From: Fidelibacterota bacterium
Lineage (GTDB): Bacteria; Fidelibacterota; Marinisomatia; Marinisomatales; JABMOV01
Assembly: GCA_046861395.1 (NCBI GenBank)
Contig: JBHHUC010000010.1
Location: 1-53,147 of the forward strand
Direction: 5' to 3'
DNA length: 53,147 bases
Part shown: positions 38,116 through 49,741 of the stretch, one piece after another
Layout of the letters: each line of letters starts with the position of its first letter
Numbering within the stretch: position 1 is the first letter of the stretch
Notes under the pieces: generated by a model
What the model saw: only the letters and a program-made list of their open reading frames with translations
The model's database searches: none
What the model was told of the DNA's origin: nothing
Translations under genes and position numbers: made by a program

Positions 38116-40084
38116 GACATACCTGAAATATCGATCCCGGGTTATTGTGATTTCTTCCCTAGTAATCATGAGTTGGGTGGGATTGGCCGTTCGTCTCTTC
38201 GATGTCCAGATCATCAGCGGTCAGCAATACCGAGAACGCGGATTTGCCCAGAGCCAATACCGGGAACCCATTCCCGCGATCCGAGGTAATATTTTCGACC
38301 GAAACCAAAAAACATTTACACGGAACATAATCCACTATTCCATTGCCGCCAACCCCGCTCTGATCGAAAACCCAGAACAGTTGGCCGAGAAACTTTCCCG
38401 AACTACCGGCCGGTCCAGGGAACATTATCTAAAGAAACTGTCATACAATACTTCCTTTGTATATCTTGAGAGAAATCTGAGAAAAGAAGTGTTTTCCGCC
38501 GGGAAATTTGATGAAATCCAAAATCTGATTATTGAACGGCATGCCCGCCGCTTCTATCCCCAGCAAAATATCGCTGCCCAAATCGTCGGTGCCACAGACG
38601 TGGATGACCGTGGAATTTCCGGCCTGGAAGGCTGGTATGATGATATCCTCCAGGGTGAACCGGGATGGATATTGAAACAGAAAAACGGGCATGGAAGGCT
38701 GAATCCAAAAAGCAATTTCCCCACCAAACCTCCGACGGATGGACTCAACATTCTTACAACGCTTGACCTGAATTATCAATCCATTCTCCAGGATGAACTG
38801 GATTATGCCCTGAAGGACCTGCAGGCCACCAGTGCAACGGGGATTATATTGAACCCTCAGACTGGAGATATCCTGGCCATTGCTTCGGTGCCTGATTTCA
38901 ATCCCAATCATCTGTCCGATTTCCCGACCGAAAATCAGAAAATCCGTGCCATTACGGATCAATTCGAACCAGGCTCCACTTATAAAATTGTCGCCACCAC
39001 GGCGGCCCTGGACCAACATTGCGTTTCGCCACAACAGGAATTCAACTGCGAATACGGCAGCTATCAATTAAAGGATGTGCGGATCAACGATCATGAGGAA
39101 TACGGTTTATTGACGGTTTCCCAGATTATTCAGCATTCCAGTAACGTGGGCATCATCAAGATTGCCGAATTGGTCGGAAAAAAGCAACTGTATCGCTATA
39201 GCCGGGATTACGGTTTCGGATCATTGACCAACATTTCTCTGTACGGTGAGGAACCGGGAACGCTGCGCCGGGTTAATCAATGGAGTGATCTCTCTCTCCC
39301 TGAAATGTCCATGGGCCATGAAGTGGCCGTCACCGGTATCCAGCTGGCCATGGCTTATGCAGCCATTGCCAACGGCGGATATCTATTGCGACCCCGGATT
39401 GTCGACCGGATTGTGGATCAATCCGGACGGGTGGTTGAAACGGTACAACCGGAAGTCGTACGTAAAATATCATCGCTGGAAATCATGGGGCAGGTAAAAG
39501 ATATGCTGGTCAAGGTGGTTGAGGGTGGAACGGGGAATAATGCTCAGATCCGGGGCTGGAATGTTGCGGGAAAAACAGGAACGGCTCAGAAGTTTATCGA
39601 TGGAAAATATTCAAATTCAAAATTCATAAGCAATTTCGTCGGCTTTTTACCAGCTGACAATCCCCAGCTCCTGTGTGCCATCATTATTGATGAACCCCGC
39701 TATGGCAAGCACTGGGGATCGGAAGGTGCGGCACCGGTCTTTAACCGTGTCATGTGCCGGATTATCAATCTGGATGATTCCTTGCTTCCTCCGGAACATC
39801 CACTGGAGAAGGATCCAGGTATGATTGCCGGTAATACCGAAGCGGAACCCACTATTAAACCGGCCGGAATGCCCCTGTTGCAAACCGGTGATTTCTTTTC
39901 TGCTCAAACCAAATTTACACACGTACCAGAGGTAAGGGGGATGAGCCTGAGGAAAGCGATTCTACAGCTGAAACAGGCTCATCTCACCGTTCGGGTTAAT
40001 GGATCGGGGAAAGTTGTTTGGCAAAGTCCAGCCCCGGGGGTGCGGGTTCCCACCGGATCAAAATGCGAGATTGTATTGCAATGA
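38108..40084 (+). CDS. ftsI: Class B penicillin-binding protein FtsI/PBP3 with C-terminal PASTA domain
   Basis: [15 protein letters not shown] (SxxK), SSN, KTGT and [15 protein letters not shown]. Start re-called to ATG 38108. Confidence 0.95.
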   Translation: MTKTYLKYRSRVIVISSLVIMSWVGLAVRLFDVQIISGQQYRERGFAQSQYREPIPAIRGNIFDRNQKTFTRNIIHYSIAANPALIENPEQLAEKLSRTTGRSREHYLKKLSYNTSFVYLERNLRKEVFSAGKFDEIQNLIIERHARRFYPQQNIAAQIVGATDVDDRGISGLEGWYDDILQGEPGWILKQKNGHGRLNPKSNFPTKPPTDGLNILTTLDLNYQSILQDELDYALKDLQATSATGIILNPQTGDILAIASVPDFNPNHLSDFPTENQKIRAITDQFEPGSTYKIVATTAALDQHCVSPQQEFNCEYGSYQLKDVRINDHEEYGLLTVSQIIQHSSNVGIIKIAELVGKKQLYRYSRDYGFGSLTNISLYGEEPGTLRRVNQWSDLSLPEMSMGHEVAVTGIQLAMAYAAIANGGYLLRPRIVDRIVDQSGRVVETVQPEVVRKISSLEIMGQVKDMLVKVVEGGTGNNAQIRGWNVAGKTGTAQKFIDGKYSNSKFISNFVGFLPADNPQLLCAIIIDEPRYGKHWGSEGAAPVFNRVMCRIINLDDSLLPPEHPLEKDPGMIAGNTEAEPTIKPAGMPLLQTGDFFSAQTKFTHVPEVRGMSLRKAILQLKQAHLTVRVNGSGKVVWQSPAPGVRVPTGSKCEIVLQ

Positions 40085-41547
40085 AAAAACGCCTCGCAAA
40101 GTTGGTTCAGAACCTGATACCGGAAGGACAATCCATTCCCGATGTCGAAATCACCGGTATTGAAATTGACTCCCGTAAAATTGTCCCGGGAAATATGTTT
40201 ATTGCCATTCCTGGATCGGCAGTGGACGGCCACGACTTCATTACCGAAGCGGTTCGTCACGGTGCGGCCGCCATCATTGCCAACGGTCGCTCCCTGGACC
40301 CTTATCCCGTTCCGATTATTTCGGTAGCCAATCCCCGACGAATGGCCAGTCAACTGGCAGCCGAATTTTACGATCATCCGTCGCGGAAACTGACAGTCAC
40401 CGGCATTACTGGTACCAATGGAAAAACGACGACCGCCAGTTTGCTGAACGCCATTTTTCAGGCGGCGGGAAAAAAGACTGCACAACTGGGAACACTAGGA
40501 ATGATCGCGTCGGGGTTTGAAACCAAAAAGACCCTCACCACCGAAGATCCTGTCACCTTAAACCGGACGCTGTCCATACTCGTGGAAAAACAGTTTACCC
40601 ATGTTGTGATGGAAGTATCCAGCCATGCCATACACCAATTCCGGGTGGCGGATGTGGCCTTTCGGACTGCAGTATTCACCAACCTCACACCAGAACATCT
40701 GGATTACCACGGAACAATGGAGGAATATTTCCAATCCAAGGCCCGCCTATTTAAAACATTGCCCCTTTCGTCCACAGCGATTATTAACATAGATGACGCC
40801 TATGGCATGGAATTACTGGAAAAATGTCCCGTACCGGCGATTAAGTATTCCATCCACAATCCGGAAGATGTCCATTTTACTGAGCTTTCCATTTCTCTGG
40901 CCGGGATTTCCGGACGGATCCAACTGGGATCAGAATCCATTTCCATTCATTCCCCCCTAATCGGAAAATTTAATGCCGAAAATATTTTGGCGGCAGTTGC
41001 CACTGCATTTTCCCAGGGAATTGACCTGTCCGCCATTCGACAGGGCATTGAACAATGCATTACCATACCGGGGCGAATGGAACGATTTTCTCTTCCTCAG
41101 GGGAAAACTGTAATCATTGATTATGCCCATACACCGGACGCCTATGAAAAAGTTTTGTCCACCATCTCCGAGTTAAAGGAAAATGGCAACATCATCACCG
41201 TCATCTTTGGAGCGGGAGGAAATCGGGACCGGCAGAAACGACCTCAAATGGCCGCCATTGCGGAAACCTATTGTGACCGTTGTTTTTTAACGCCTGACAA
41301 TCCGCGGCAGGAATCGTTGGAACAGATAAACAATGATATAATTCAGGGCTTCGCGACGAACCGTTATACCCTGTTTCTCGATCGCGGTGAAGCTGTGAAA
41401 ACGGCCATCGAAACCAGTGACAGCGGTGATATTATTGTCATACTGGGAAAAGGTCGGGAAGAATATCAAGAAATTGGAACGGAAAAACGCCCTTACTCCG
41501 ATCTGCAAATTGTACAAAGATATCAGGATGAGAATCACATTACCTGA
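40081..41547 (+). CDS. murE: UDP-MurNAc-dipeptide:meso-DAP ligase
   Basis: [25 protein letters not shown] (meso-DAP specificity) and GKG.E. Start re-called to ATG 40081. Confidence 0.97.
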   Translation: MKKRLAKLVQNLIPEGQSIPDVEITGIEIDSRKIVPGNMFIAIPGSAVDGHDFITEAVRHGAAAIIANGRSLDPYPVPIISVANPRRMASQLAAEFYDHPSRKLTVTGITGTNGKTTTASLLNAIFQAAGKKTAQLGTLGMIASGFETKKTLTTEDPVTLNRTLSILVEKQFTHVVMEVSSHAIHQFRVADVAFRTAVFTNLTPEHLDYHGTMEEYFQSKARLFKTLPLSSTAIINIDDAYGMELLEKCPVPAIKYSIHNPEDVHFTELSISLAGISGRIQLGSESISIHSPLIGKFNAENILAAVATAFSQGIDLSAIRQGIEQCITIPGRMERFSLPQGKTVIIDYAHTPDAYEKVLSTISELKENGNIITVIFGAGGNRDRQKRPQMAAIAETYCDRCFLTPDNPRQESLEQINNDIIQGFATNRYTLFLDRGEAVKTAIETSDSGDIIVILGKGREEYQEIGTEKRPYSDLQIVQRYQDENHIT

Positions 41548-42868
41548 TCCCCAGGCTTTTGCCGCCGTATTTTCAAACGCAACAGGATTTACGCTGCCTG
41601 AATCCGTTGCAGGGATTGCCACGGATAATCGCCATGTGCAACCAGGGGACCTTTTCCTGGCCATCCAGGGTGAGAATACGGATGGTCATCATTTTGTCGG
41701 ACAAGCGGCCCAGTCCGGTGCCGCAGCAGCCCTGGTTTCCCATTCAATCCAGGAAGCGAATCTCACCGAAATTAATGTCTCCGACCCGGTGGAAACCATC
41801 GGAGGCGTGGCTCAGGCCTGGCGCCAACAATTTTCCCTGCCGGTGATCGGTATTACCGGCAGCAATGGAAAAACAACGACCAAGGAAATCATCCGTCATT
41901 TACTGGCTCCGGATATGGCCGTCCACGCTACGGAGGGAAACTACAATACATCCGTGGGCTTGCCACTGTCATTGCTGACCCTGACCCGGGACCATGAGGT
42001 TTCAATACTGGAAATGGGCGCCAACCAGCCGGGAGATATCCAGTATCTCTGCCGAATCGCCATCCCGACGTATGGTATCATTACCAATATAGCTCCGGCC
42101 CATCTGGCCGGATTCGGTTCCATCGATGCCATTGCCAGGGAAAAGGGCGCCTTGTTTCAGTCTCTCCACGACGGCACCGCCTTCATCAATAAGGATGATC
42201 CCCGCATCACCCCCCCTCCCTCTCCGGCGCAATCCGTTACCTTTGGCTTTCAGCCTAATTGTGACTTTGCCGCCGACCTCTGGACAGACGAAGATTTATC
42301 GGTGACGTTAACGGTCAATACGATCGATATTCCCATTTATTCCCAAAATCTCACTTTTGCTAAAAATGTGCTGGCAGCATTATCCCTTGTAATTACCATG
42401 GGTGTGTCCTGGGATGATGTTCCGGAACGGTTAAAGACATTTCAGCCTGCCACGGGACGATCGGTGGTGAAAAAAATCAAGGATACAATCATCATTGATG
42501 ACACTTACAATGCCAATCTGAATTCAACCCGGGCAGCCATTGATTTTTTGACGACATTCACCGGAAAGCGACAAATACTGGTTTTCGGTGATATGCTCGA
42601 ACTGGGTGATCAATCGGCCAAATTGCATGCCGCCGTGGGTCTCTATGCCGATGAAAAGGGAATTTCGGCCCTGTATTCCACCGGTCAAGAATCGCGCCAT
42701 ACCGATGAGGCCATTACAGGGCAGTTGGATCATGTTCATATGGAAACGAAAGAAGATCTCTTCCCCCTATTATCCCGGGAAATGAATGCTGATACCGTCC
42801 TGTTATTCAAGGGTTCACGGGGCATGGCCATGGAAACGCTGATTCGGCAACTTGAGGAGGCCGCCTGA
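41528..42868 (+). CDS. murF: UDP-MurNAc-tripeptide:D-Ala-D-Ala ligase
   Basis: [30 protein letters not shown] and KGSRG. Start re-called to ATG 41528. Confidence 0.97.
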   Translation: MRITLPDPQAFAAVFSNATGFTLPESVAGIATDNRHVQPGDLFLAIQGENTDGHHFVGQAAQSGAAAALVSHSIQEANLTEINVSDPVETIGGVAQAWRQQFSLPVIGITGSNGKTTTKEIIRHLLAPDMAVHATEGNYNTSVGLPLSLLTLTRDHEVSILEMGANQPGDIQYLCRIAIPTYGIITNIAPAHLAGFGSIDAIAREKGALFQSLHDGTAFINKDDPRITPPPSPAQSVTFGFQPNCDFAADLWTDEDLSVTLTVNTIDIPIYSQNLTFAKNVLAALSLVITMGVSWDDVPERLKTFQPATGRSVVKKIKDTIIIDDTYNANLNSTRAAIDFLTTFTGKRQILVFGDMLELGDQSAKLHAAVGLYADEKGISALYSTGQESRHTDEAITGQLDHVHMETKEDLFPLLSREMNADTVLLFKGSRGMAMETLIRQLEEAA

Positions 42869-43971
42869 TGCTTTACCGTTTTCTTTATTCCCTGCACGAT
42901 CAGTTGTCGGTATTGAATATTTTCCAGTACATCACTTTCCGGGCAGCGTTGGCGGCCATCTCAGCTCTGGTTATCAGTTTTATCGTGGGTCCGTGGATCA
43001 TCCGAAAACTCCAAGCCCATCAAATCGGTGAAGAAATACGTGCCACCGGCCCTCAATCCCATCAGAAAAAACGGGGCACACCAACCATGGGCGGTATCAT
43101 CATCCTGTTGTCCGTCCTGCTGCCTACCCTTCTTTTTGCCAAGATGGACAATATCTATATCCAAATCATATTACTGGCCACAGTATGGATGGGGTGTATC
43201 GGATTCCTTGACGATTATCTTAAAACGATCCGAAAAATGAAAGACGGCCTCATCGCTCGTTATAAACTGGCCGGTCAGATTATCATTGGACTGATTGTAA
43301 GCTGGATTTTATTCCACACACCGGAATTTTCCCAATTCTACAGCAAAACGTCGGTGCCATTCTTCAAGAATCTGGAATTGGATTTTGGATTCTTTTATCC
43401 GGTCATCATCGTTCTGGTCATCACCGGTTATTCCAATGCCGTCAATCTGACGGACGGACTGGACGGTTTGGCGGCGGGACTGCTGGCCATTTCATTTGGT
43501 GTTTTTTCGGCTATTGCCTATATCAGCGGACGGGTCGATTTTTCTGATTACCTGAATATTATTTATCTGCCCGGAGCCGGTGAACTTACCATTTTCACGG
43601 CTGCGCTGGCCGGGGCCTGCCTGGGATTCCTATGGTTCAATTCTGCGCCGGCACAAGTCTTCATGGGCGATGTGGGGTCTCTTTCAACCGGTGCCGCATT
43701 GGGAACTCTGGCGGTCCTTCTGAAAAAGGAACTCCTCCTTTTCATTATCGGCGGAATATTTGTTTGGGAAGCCACATCGGTGATCATTCAACTGGGATAC
43801 TTTCGTTATACCAAGCAAAAAACCGGGCAGGGAAAACGAGTATTTAAAATGGCACCCATTCATCATCATTTCGAACTATCAGGCTGGCCCGAAACCCGGG
43901 TTGTCATTCGCTTCTGGATTATCGGTTTACTGCTGGCATTATTTTCACTCACAACCTTCAAGATACGATAA
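42868..43971 (+). CDS. mraY: Phospho-N-acetylmuramoyl-pentapeptide transferase
   Basis: GTPTMGG, DDY, NAVNLTDGLDGL, FMGD.GS and APIHHHFE. Confidence 0.99.
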   Translation: MLYRFLYSLHDQLSVLNIFQYITFRAALAAISALVISFIVGPWIIRKLQAHQIGEEIRATGPQSHQKKRGTPTMGGIIILLSVLLPTLLFAKMDNIYIQIILLATVWMGCIGFLDDYLKTIRKMKDGLIARYKLAGQIIIGLIVSWILFHTPEFSQFYSKTSVPFFKNLELDFGFFYPVIIVLVITGYSNAVNLTDGLDGLAAGLLAISFGVFSAIAYISGRVDFSDYLNIIYLPGAGELTIFTAALAGACLGFLWFNSAPAQVFMGDVGSLSTGAALGTLAVLLKKELLLFIIGGIFVWEATSVIIQLGYFRYTKQKTGQGKRVFKMAPIHHHFELSGWPETRVVIRFWIIGLLLALFSLTTFKIR

Positions 43972-45350
43972 TGGACATCAGCGACAGAAATAACATATCC
44001 GTTGAAGGGAAAAAAATTGTGGTGATTGGCCTGGGGATCAGTGGGCTGGCTGCTATCCAGCTGGCAACGTTTCTGAAGGCCAATGTGATGGCTTATGATG
44101 AAAATAAGAATGAGACCACGGAAAAGCATAAAGCAGCCTTGGATCGCCAGGGCATACGCGTTTTGCTGGGCGGTAATCCGGCTGAAATCTTCGAAGCGGA
44201 TCTGTGGATTGTATCACCCGGCATTCCCCATGATTCCCCGCTCTTGAAAAAGACACGCAAAACCGGGATTCCCATTGTCGGTGAAATTGAATTTGCCAGT
44301 TGGTTCACGTCGTCGCCTATCATAGCCATAACCGGATCAAACGGGAAAACAACGACCGCTCATATAACGGCCCAAATGTGTCAATCCAAATTCCGCCAAG
44401 GTGTATTGGCCGGAAACGTGGGCCATGCCTTTTCATTGGCCGTAATGGATGAACTGCAGGAATCCTCCGGCAGCCGGATTTATGTCCTGGAAATATCGAG
44501 CTTCCAGATGGAATATATTCTTCATTTCAAACCCTATATTGCCGTTTTCCTGAATATTTCACCCGATCACCTCGATCGTTACCCGGACATGGATTCCTAT
44601 GTCAATGCCAAAATCAACATGTGCCAGAACCTGAAAGAAGATGATATAATTATTTTCAATGCCGGTGATCCTGTCCTGAGGGAAAAGCTGTCTGGCAAGG
44701 CCGGACAAAAATATACCTTTATTCCCCATGAAGATTTTCCATGCTTCCTCACATATGATGATAAAAATATTTACTACGCTAATGGTGAATTATTTCTGTC
44801 CCGGGCCGATGTGGCCTTACCCGGGCTGCATAATCTCCAGAATATCATGGCTTCAGCTTCGGCCTGCGTGGCCCTGGGCTTTGAATCCAAACACATCAAG
44901 TCCGTCATTCAGACCTTCCAGGGCGTTGTACATCGCCTGGAACGGGTAATTGAAATCCGGGACGTGGTTTATTATAACGATTCGAAAGCGACTAATGTGG
45001 ATGCCGTAATCGTTGCCCTGCAATCATTTAACCAGCCGATCATCCTTATCCTGGGTGGAAAGGATAAAGGCGGTGACTTCAAACAACTCTTGCCTTATAC
45101 CCACAACACCAAGGCCGTTCTCGCTTACGGCCAGGCTCGTGACAAAATAGCGACTGCATTAGCGGATGCGGTTAGACTGGAATCTATGGAAGGTCTAAGG
45201 GATGCGGTCCACATGAGCCAACAGCTCGCCAGCCCCGGGGATATCGTATTGTTATCTCCGGGCTGTGCCAGCTTCGACCAATTTCAGAATTTTGAAGACC
45301 GGGGGAATCAGTTCAAAAACTGGGTTTATGAATTAAAGGCTGCCGGATGA
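43971..45350 (+). CDS. murD: UDP-MurNAc-L-Ala:D-Glu ligase
   Basis: [30 protein letters not shown] and SPGCASFDQF. Confidence 0.98.
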   Translation: MDISDRNNISVEGKKIVVIGLGISGLAAIQLATFLKANVMAYDENKNETTEKHKAALDRQGIRVLLGGNPAEIFEADLWIVSPGIPHDSPLLKKTRKTGIPIVGEIEFASWFTSSPIIAITGSNGKTTTAHITAQMCQSKFRQGVLAGNVGHAFSLAVMDELQESSGSRIYVLEISSFQMEYILHFKPYIAVFLNISPDHLDRYPDMDSYVNAKINMCQNLKEDDIIIFNAGDPVLREKLSGKAGQKYTFIPHEDFPCFLTYDDKNIYYANGELFLSRADVALPGLHNLQNIMASASACVALGFESKHIKSVIQTFQGVVHRLERVIEIRDVVYYNDSKATNVDAVIVALQSFNQPIILILGGKDKGGDFKQLLPYTHNTKAVLAYGQARDKIATALADAVRLESMEGLRDAVHMSQQLASPGDIVLLSPGCASFDQFQNFEDRGNQFKNWVYELKAAG

Positions 45351-46495
45351 AATCAATTACGCTTTCCATGAAAAACTTTGACCGTGTTCTCCTGGGTGCC
45401 ATCGTCGTACTGGCCATCATCGGAACCGTCATGCTGTACAGCGCCAGCTCATCGCTTTCATTGTCCGAATCAGGAAATCGGACCGACACCCTTTTCCTGC
45501 AGGCCCACTTGAAACGTATGCTGTTCGGTGTTGTCGTCATGTTTTTCTTTATCCTTCTAGATTACCGCAGCCTAAAATCCATCGCATCCTATTTGATGTA
45601 TGGTTCCATCGGATTACTCCTCATAACCAAAGTCATTTTTCTCCTGAAGGGAATTCACGCTCCTGCCCGCTGGCTGTATATCGGGTCCCTCTCCATTCAG
45701 ACTTCTGACATTGCCCGTCTCTCTCTGATTATTTATTTGTCGGCCTACCTGGACTATAAAAAGAATACCATAAAAGATTTTTATAATGGTTATATGCCCC
45801 CCGTGATTGTCATGGGCGTTCTTTTCGCCCTGATAGTCCTGCAACCGGATTTCAGCACCGCCATGATGCTGGGAATTATTGCGGCCGCGCTCTTATTCAT
45901 TGGCGGGGCCCGATTATCTCACCTTCTGGTCACCGGGGCCGTGGCGGTGGCGATTGCATTTCCAACGATGATGGCCATGCCCTACCGCCGGGCCCGTGTC
46001 CTAGCCTGGCTCTATGGAACGGACGATGGTAGTATCGGCTATCAGGTGACCCAATCTCTCATTAGTCTGGGTAACGGCGGATTCTTCGGACTGGGACTGG
46101 GCAACAGCATGGAAAAGAATTTCTTCCTCCCCACACCGCATACGGATTTTATTTTCGCCATCATCGGTGAAGAAACAGGATTGATTGGCACTCTTTTCAT
46201 TCTCACTCTTTTTCTATTCATTTTCCGTCGCGGAATTAAAATTGCCAAAGATTGCACCGACCCATTCGGCATTTTCCTTGCCATCGGGCTGGTCTTCAAT
46301 ATTGTGTTATATGCCTTTATCAATGTGGCGGTTGTGACCAATATTTTTCCTGTCACCGGCTTACCTATGCCTTTAGTCAGCTATGGTGGATCCGGAATGA
46401 TCATCAATTTCGCCGCCATTGGCATTTTACTCAATATCAGTCAGTCCCGGCGTTTGGTTTCAAAACCTATTCCCTTTTTGCGAGGTCTGGCATGA
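45347..46495 (+). CDS. ftsW: SEDS peptidoglycan polymerase FtsW
   Basis: ARW, QPDFST, YQ..QS, P.PHTDFIF and P.VSYGGS. Confidence 0.95.
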   Translation: MKSITLSMKNFDRVLLGAIVVLAIIGTVMLYSASSSLSLSESGNRTDTLFLQAHLKRMLFGVVVMFFFILLDYRSLKSIASYLMYGSIGLLLITKVIFLLKGIHAPARWLYIGSLSIQTSDIARLSLIIYLSAYLDYKKNTIKDFYNGYMPPVIVMGVLFALIVLQPDFSTAMMLGIIAAALLFIGGARLSHLLVTGAVAVAIAFPTMMAMPYRRARVLAWLYGTDDGSIGYQVTQSLISLGNGGFFGLGLGNSMEKNFFLPTPHTDFIFAIIGEETGLIGTLFILTLFLFIFRRGIKIAKDCTDPFGIFLAIGLVFNIVLYAFINVAVVTNIFPVTGLPMPLVSYGGSGMIINFAAIGILLNISQSRRLVSKPIPFLRGLA

Positions 46496-47580
46496 ATATT
46501 CTGATTGCCGGCGGCGGAACAGGGGGACATCTATTCCCAGCCCTGGCTATCGGGGCCGAATTGCAGCGACAATTGCCCCAGACCGACATCCATTATGTGG
46601 GTTCGACCTACGGCCTGGAAAAATCCATTTTACCGCAGAAAAACGTCCCCTTCACTCTGTTAAATATCCGCGGACTGCAACGGCAATTTTCCTGGCAGGC
46701 CATGGGACGAAACCTTCTCCTGCCCTTCCGCCTCCTGGTTTCCTGGATAAAAACCGTCAAACTCATGCAGGCTCTGTTACCGGTTGTGGTAATCGGGACC
46801 GGAGGCTATGCCAGTGCCTTTCCCGTCCGGCAGGCTCTGCGTAGCGGAATTCCAGTTGTTTTACAGGAGCAAAATTCATATCCCGGTCTCGTTACACGAT
46901 TATATGCCGGACAGGTCGCCAAAGTCTGTCTGGGCTTTGCCGCCGCCCGGGATCATTTGAATGGCATTGGCGTTGAGACCGGAAATCCAATTTACCGGGA
47001 CGTTGCAAAATACACCCGGGACCAAGCCGCCGATTATTTTGAACTAGCGGCGGACAAACCGGTTGTATTCATTACCGGAGGCAGTCAGGGATCCGCACTG
47101 CTGAACCAGACGGTAGCCGGTATGCTGGACCGAAATCCCAAACCGCCTTTTCAGATCCTCTGGCAGACCGGGAAACATAACATTGAGGTCTGGAATGGCT
47201 ATGCCTCCGATCACTGCCGGATTTTTCCCTTCATCGATGAAATGGAAGCAGCCTACACCCTGGCTGACCTGATCCTGTCCCGTGCGGGAGCCCTGGCATT
47301 ATCCGAAATTGTCTTATTCGGGAAGCCCAGTATCCTGGTTCCCCTGGCCAGCGCAGCAGAGAATCACCAGTATCATAACGGAAAAACATTAGTGGATAAA
47401 GGAGCCGCCCTGTTGGTGGAAGAAAGGGAACTAAATCCGGACCGCTTATATCAAGATATTCAATCAATTTTTCAAGATCATCAGAAAATGAAGACCATGG
47501 GTGACGCAGCCCTGGCCATGGCCAAACCTCATGCTCTTGCCACGATTGTTGATCATATTCTGGACGTAATAAAAGCATGA
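46492..47580 (+). CDS. murG: Lipid I GlcNAc transferase MurG
   Basis: GGGTGGH, GGY, EQN, GNP, GGSQGS, SRAGA and HQ..N. Start re-called to ATG 46492. Confidence 0.98.
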   Translation: MNILIAGGGTGGHLFPALAIGAELQRQLPQTDIHYVGSTYGLEKSILPQKNVPFTLLNIRGLQRQFSWQAMGRNLLLPFRLLVSWIKTVKLMQALLPVVVIGTGGYASAFPVRQALRSGIPVVLQEQNSYPGLVTRLYAGQVAKVCLGFAAARDHLNGIGVETGNPIYRDVAKYTRDQAADYFELAADKPVVFITGGSQGSALLNQTVAGMLDRNPKPPFQILWQTGKHNIEVWNGYASDHCRIFPFIDEMEAAYTLADLILSRAGALALSEIVLFGKPSILVPLASAAENHQYHNGKTLVDKGAALLVEERELNPDRLYQDIQSIFQDHQKMKTMGDAALAMAKPHALATIVDHILDVIKA

Positions 47581-48965
47581 AATACAGATCCGTAAACCAT
47601 ATTCATTTTGTCGGTATCGGAGGCATCGGGATGTCCGGTATCGCTGAACTCCTTATCAATCTGGGCTTCAGCGTAACGGGGTCCGACTTAGCGGACAGCG
47701 CAATCATACAGCATTTGCGCTCTTGTGGTGCAACCATCCACCGGGGACATTCGTCCGATAATATTGGAGATTGCGAAGTGCTGGTCTATTCCAGCGCCGT
47801 AAAACGGGACAACCCTGAACTGATCGCAGCGGAACAACGGGGCATCCCTATCATCCGCCGGGCAGAAATGCTGGGAGAATTAATCGCCGTCAAGGAAACC
47901 AGTATTGGTGTGGCGGGGACCCATGGAAAAACATCCACATCCTCCATGCTGGGAGCGGTTCTGTTCGAAGCAAATATGGATCCCACTCTCGTCATCGGCG
48001 GACTTGTAAAAAAACTTGATACCAACAGCGTCCTAGGTTCCGGTGATATCATCGTGGTGGAAGCGGACGAATATGACCGCAGTTTCCTGGCCCTGAATCC
48101 TACCATGAGCATTATTACGAATATCGAGCTGGAGCATACGGATATTTATCAGGACCTGGAAGACATACAGAAGGCCTTCATCCAATATGGCAATTCATCC
48201 CCCTTTTACGGCCGCGTCGTGGCCTGTATCGATTCTCCCGGTGTGCAGTCCATCCTGGCAGCCTTGAAGCGTCCCATCACGACCTACGGATTTTCTCAGC
48301 AGGCCGATTTCAAAGCCAAGGATTTGGAATTCAACGAATATTCATCATCGTTTCAGGTGATATCACCGGAAAAAGCGTTGGGGGAAATTTCATTGCACGT
48401 CCCCGGAACTCATAATGTGCTGAATGCTTTGTCCGTCGTGGCCCTCACAACGGAAATGGGTATTCCATTCCCCACCATTCAGAAAGGATTATCCGCTTAC
48501 GGTGGTGTCCGGCGCCGGTTTGAGATGAAGGGTCTGGTCCATGATATCATGGTCATTGATGATTATGCCCACCATCCCACCGAAGTGAAAGCCACCTTGA
48601 AAGCCGCCCGTAACGGCTGGGACCGACGTATCATTACCGTATTTCAACCCCATTTATACAGCCGCACCCGGGATTTCCATACCGAATTTGCTTCGGCCTT
48701 CATGGATAGCGATATTTTTATTGTTACGGATATTTATCCCGCCCGGGAAGAACCAATCCCCGGTGTCAGCGGAAAGTTGGTGGCGGATGCCGGTCGCCGT
48801 TCCGGACATCGTAACGCCCATTTTATCCCCGACTTTGCCGGTGTGCAGGATTTACTGGATGATATTCTGAAAGAAGGTGATATGGTCATCACCATCGGAG
48901 CTGGAAGCATCTGGCGTTTCAGTGAACAATTAGTGCAGCATTTACAGGAAACCTACGACGCATGA
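47577..48965 (+). CDS. murC: UDP-MurNAc:L-Ala ligase
   Basis: GIGGIGMSG, GTHGKT, EADEYD, DDYAHHPTE and FQPH. Confidence 0.99.
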   Translation: MKYRSVNHIHFVGIGGIGMSGIAELLINLGFSVTGSDLADSAIIQHLRSCGATIHRGHSSDNIGDCEVLVYSSAVKRDNPELIAAEQRGIPIIRRAEMLGELIAVKETSIGVAGTHGKTSTSSMLGAVLFEANMDPTLVIGGLVKKLDTNSVLGSGDIIVVEADEYDRSFLALNPTMSIITNIELEHTDIYQDLEDIQKAFIQYGNSSPFYGRVVACIDSPGVQSILAALKRPITTYGFSQQADFKAKDLEFNEYSSSFQVISPEKALGEISLHVPGTHNVLNALSVVALTTEMGIPFPTIQKGLSAYGGVRRRFEMKGLVHDIMVIDDYAHHPTEVKATLKAARNGWDRRIITVFQPHLYSRTRDFHTEFASAFMDSDIFIVTDIYPAREEPIPGVSGKLVADAGRRSGHRNAHFIPDFAGVQDLLDDILKEGDMVITIGAGSIWRFSEQLVQHLQETYDA

Positions 48966-49741
48966 AGAAAACCCGGAAACAGCAGGAACCTTCCGTCCTC
49001 TGGACGCCACGTTTTCTTGGTGCAGTGTATACCGTGATAACCATTTCACTGATTTTCTATGGCTATCGTTGGGCCGAATATCGGGGGTATCTGAATGTGG
49101 CCAGCATTGTGGTTTCAGGAGCACGATTGTTAAATGATGATGTCTATATTGCCTACGTGGCGGATTTGGATTCCCTGAAAATGACGGAATTGCCGATCAC
49201 GGAAATCAGTGAAAATATTTCCCGCCATCCGTTTGTGAAAGCGACACGGGTTTCACGCGCATTCCCGGGGAAGGTTGCCATTGAGATTCAGGAACGATCG
49301 CCCCTTGCCTGGCTGAATCAAAAAACGGATTTTTACATCGATGAAGAGGGAATTATTCTACCTTCAGTCCCTGCCGTTCAGGCCCTGGTGCTACCCATTT
49401 TATCCAATTTCAATCCAGCCCGGGAATTATACCCGGTCGGTGAGCAAACATTGTCCCAGCCTGTCCTGATAGCCACCCGCGTCCTGGCCTGGTTATTAAA
49501 GCAGTATCCGACCTTGTATGATCGGGTCTCTGAAATACGGTTAAATCCCTCCGATGATTATGAAATCATTCTTACCGATTATCCTACCCGCATTGTTCTG
49601 GGACAGGATCAGATGCTGAGGAAACTGGCCATATTGCAATACTTTGAAACCAAAATTACCGGTAAACGAAAATTGACCGATTATACTTACATTGATTTGC
49701 GCTACCAAAACCAAGTAATTGCGAAGGAGCGCCGGCGATGA
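48962..49741 (+). CDS. ftsQ: Cell division protein FtsQ/DivIB
   Basis: TM, POTRA domain (HPFVKA..V.R.FPG...I.I.ER.P.A) and C-terminal YIDLRY. Confidence 0.92.
   Translation: MKKTRKQQEPSVLWTPRFLGAVYTVITISLIFYGYRWAEYRGYLNVASIVVSGARLLNDDVYIAYVADLDSLKMTELPITEISENISRHPFVKATRVSRAFPGKVAIEIQERSPLAWLNQKTDFYIDEEGIILPSVPAVQALVLPILSNFNPARELYPVGEQTLSQPVLIATRVLAWLLKQYPTLYDRVSEIRLNPSDDYEIILTDYPTRIVLGQDQMLRKLAILQYFETKITGKRKLTDYTYIDLRYQNQVIAKERRR

Noticed and set aside
38159..40485. Minus-strand ORFs of up to 208 aa opposite ftsI/murE
   Set aside because: Fully overlapped by essential dcw genes; no independent coding signal.
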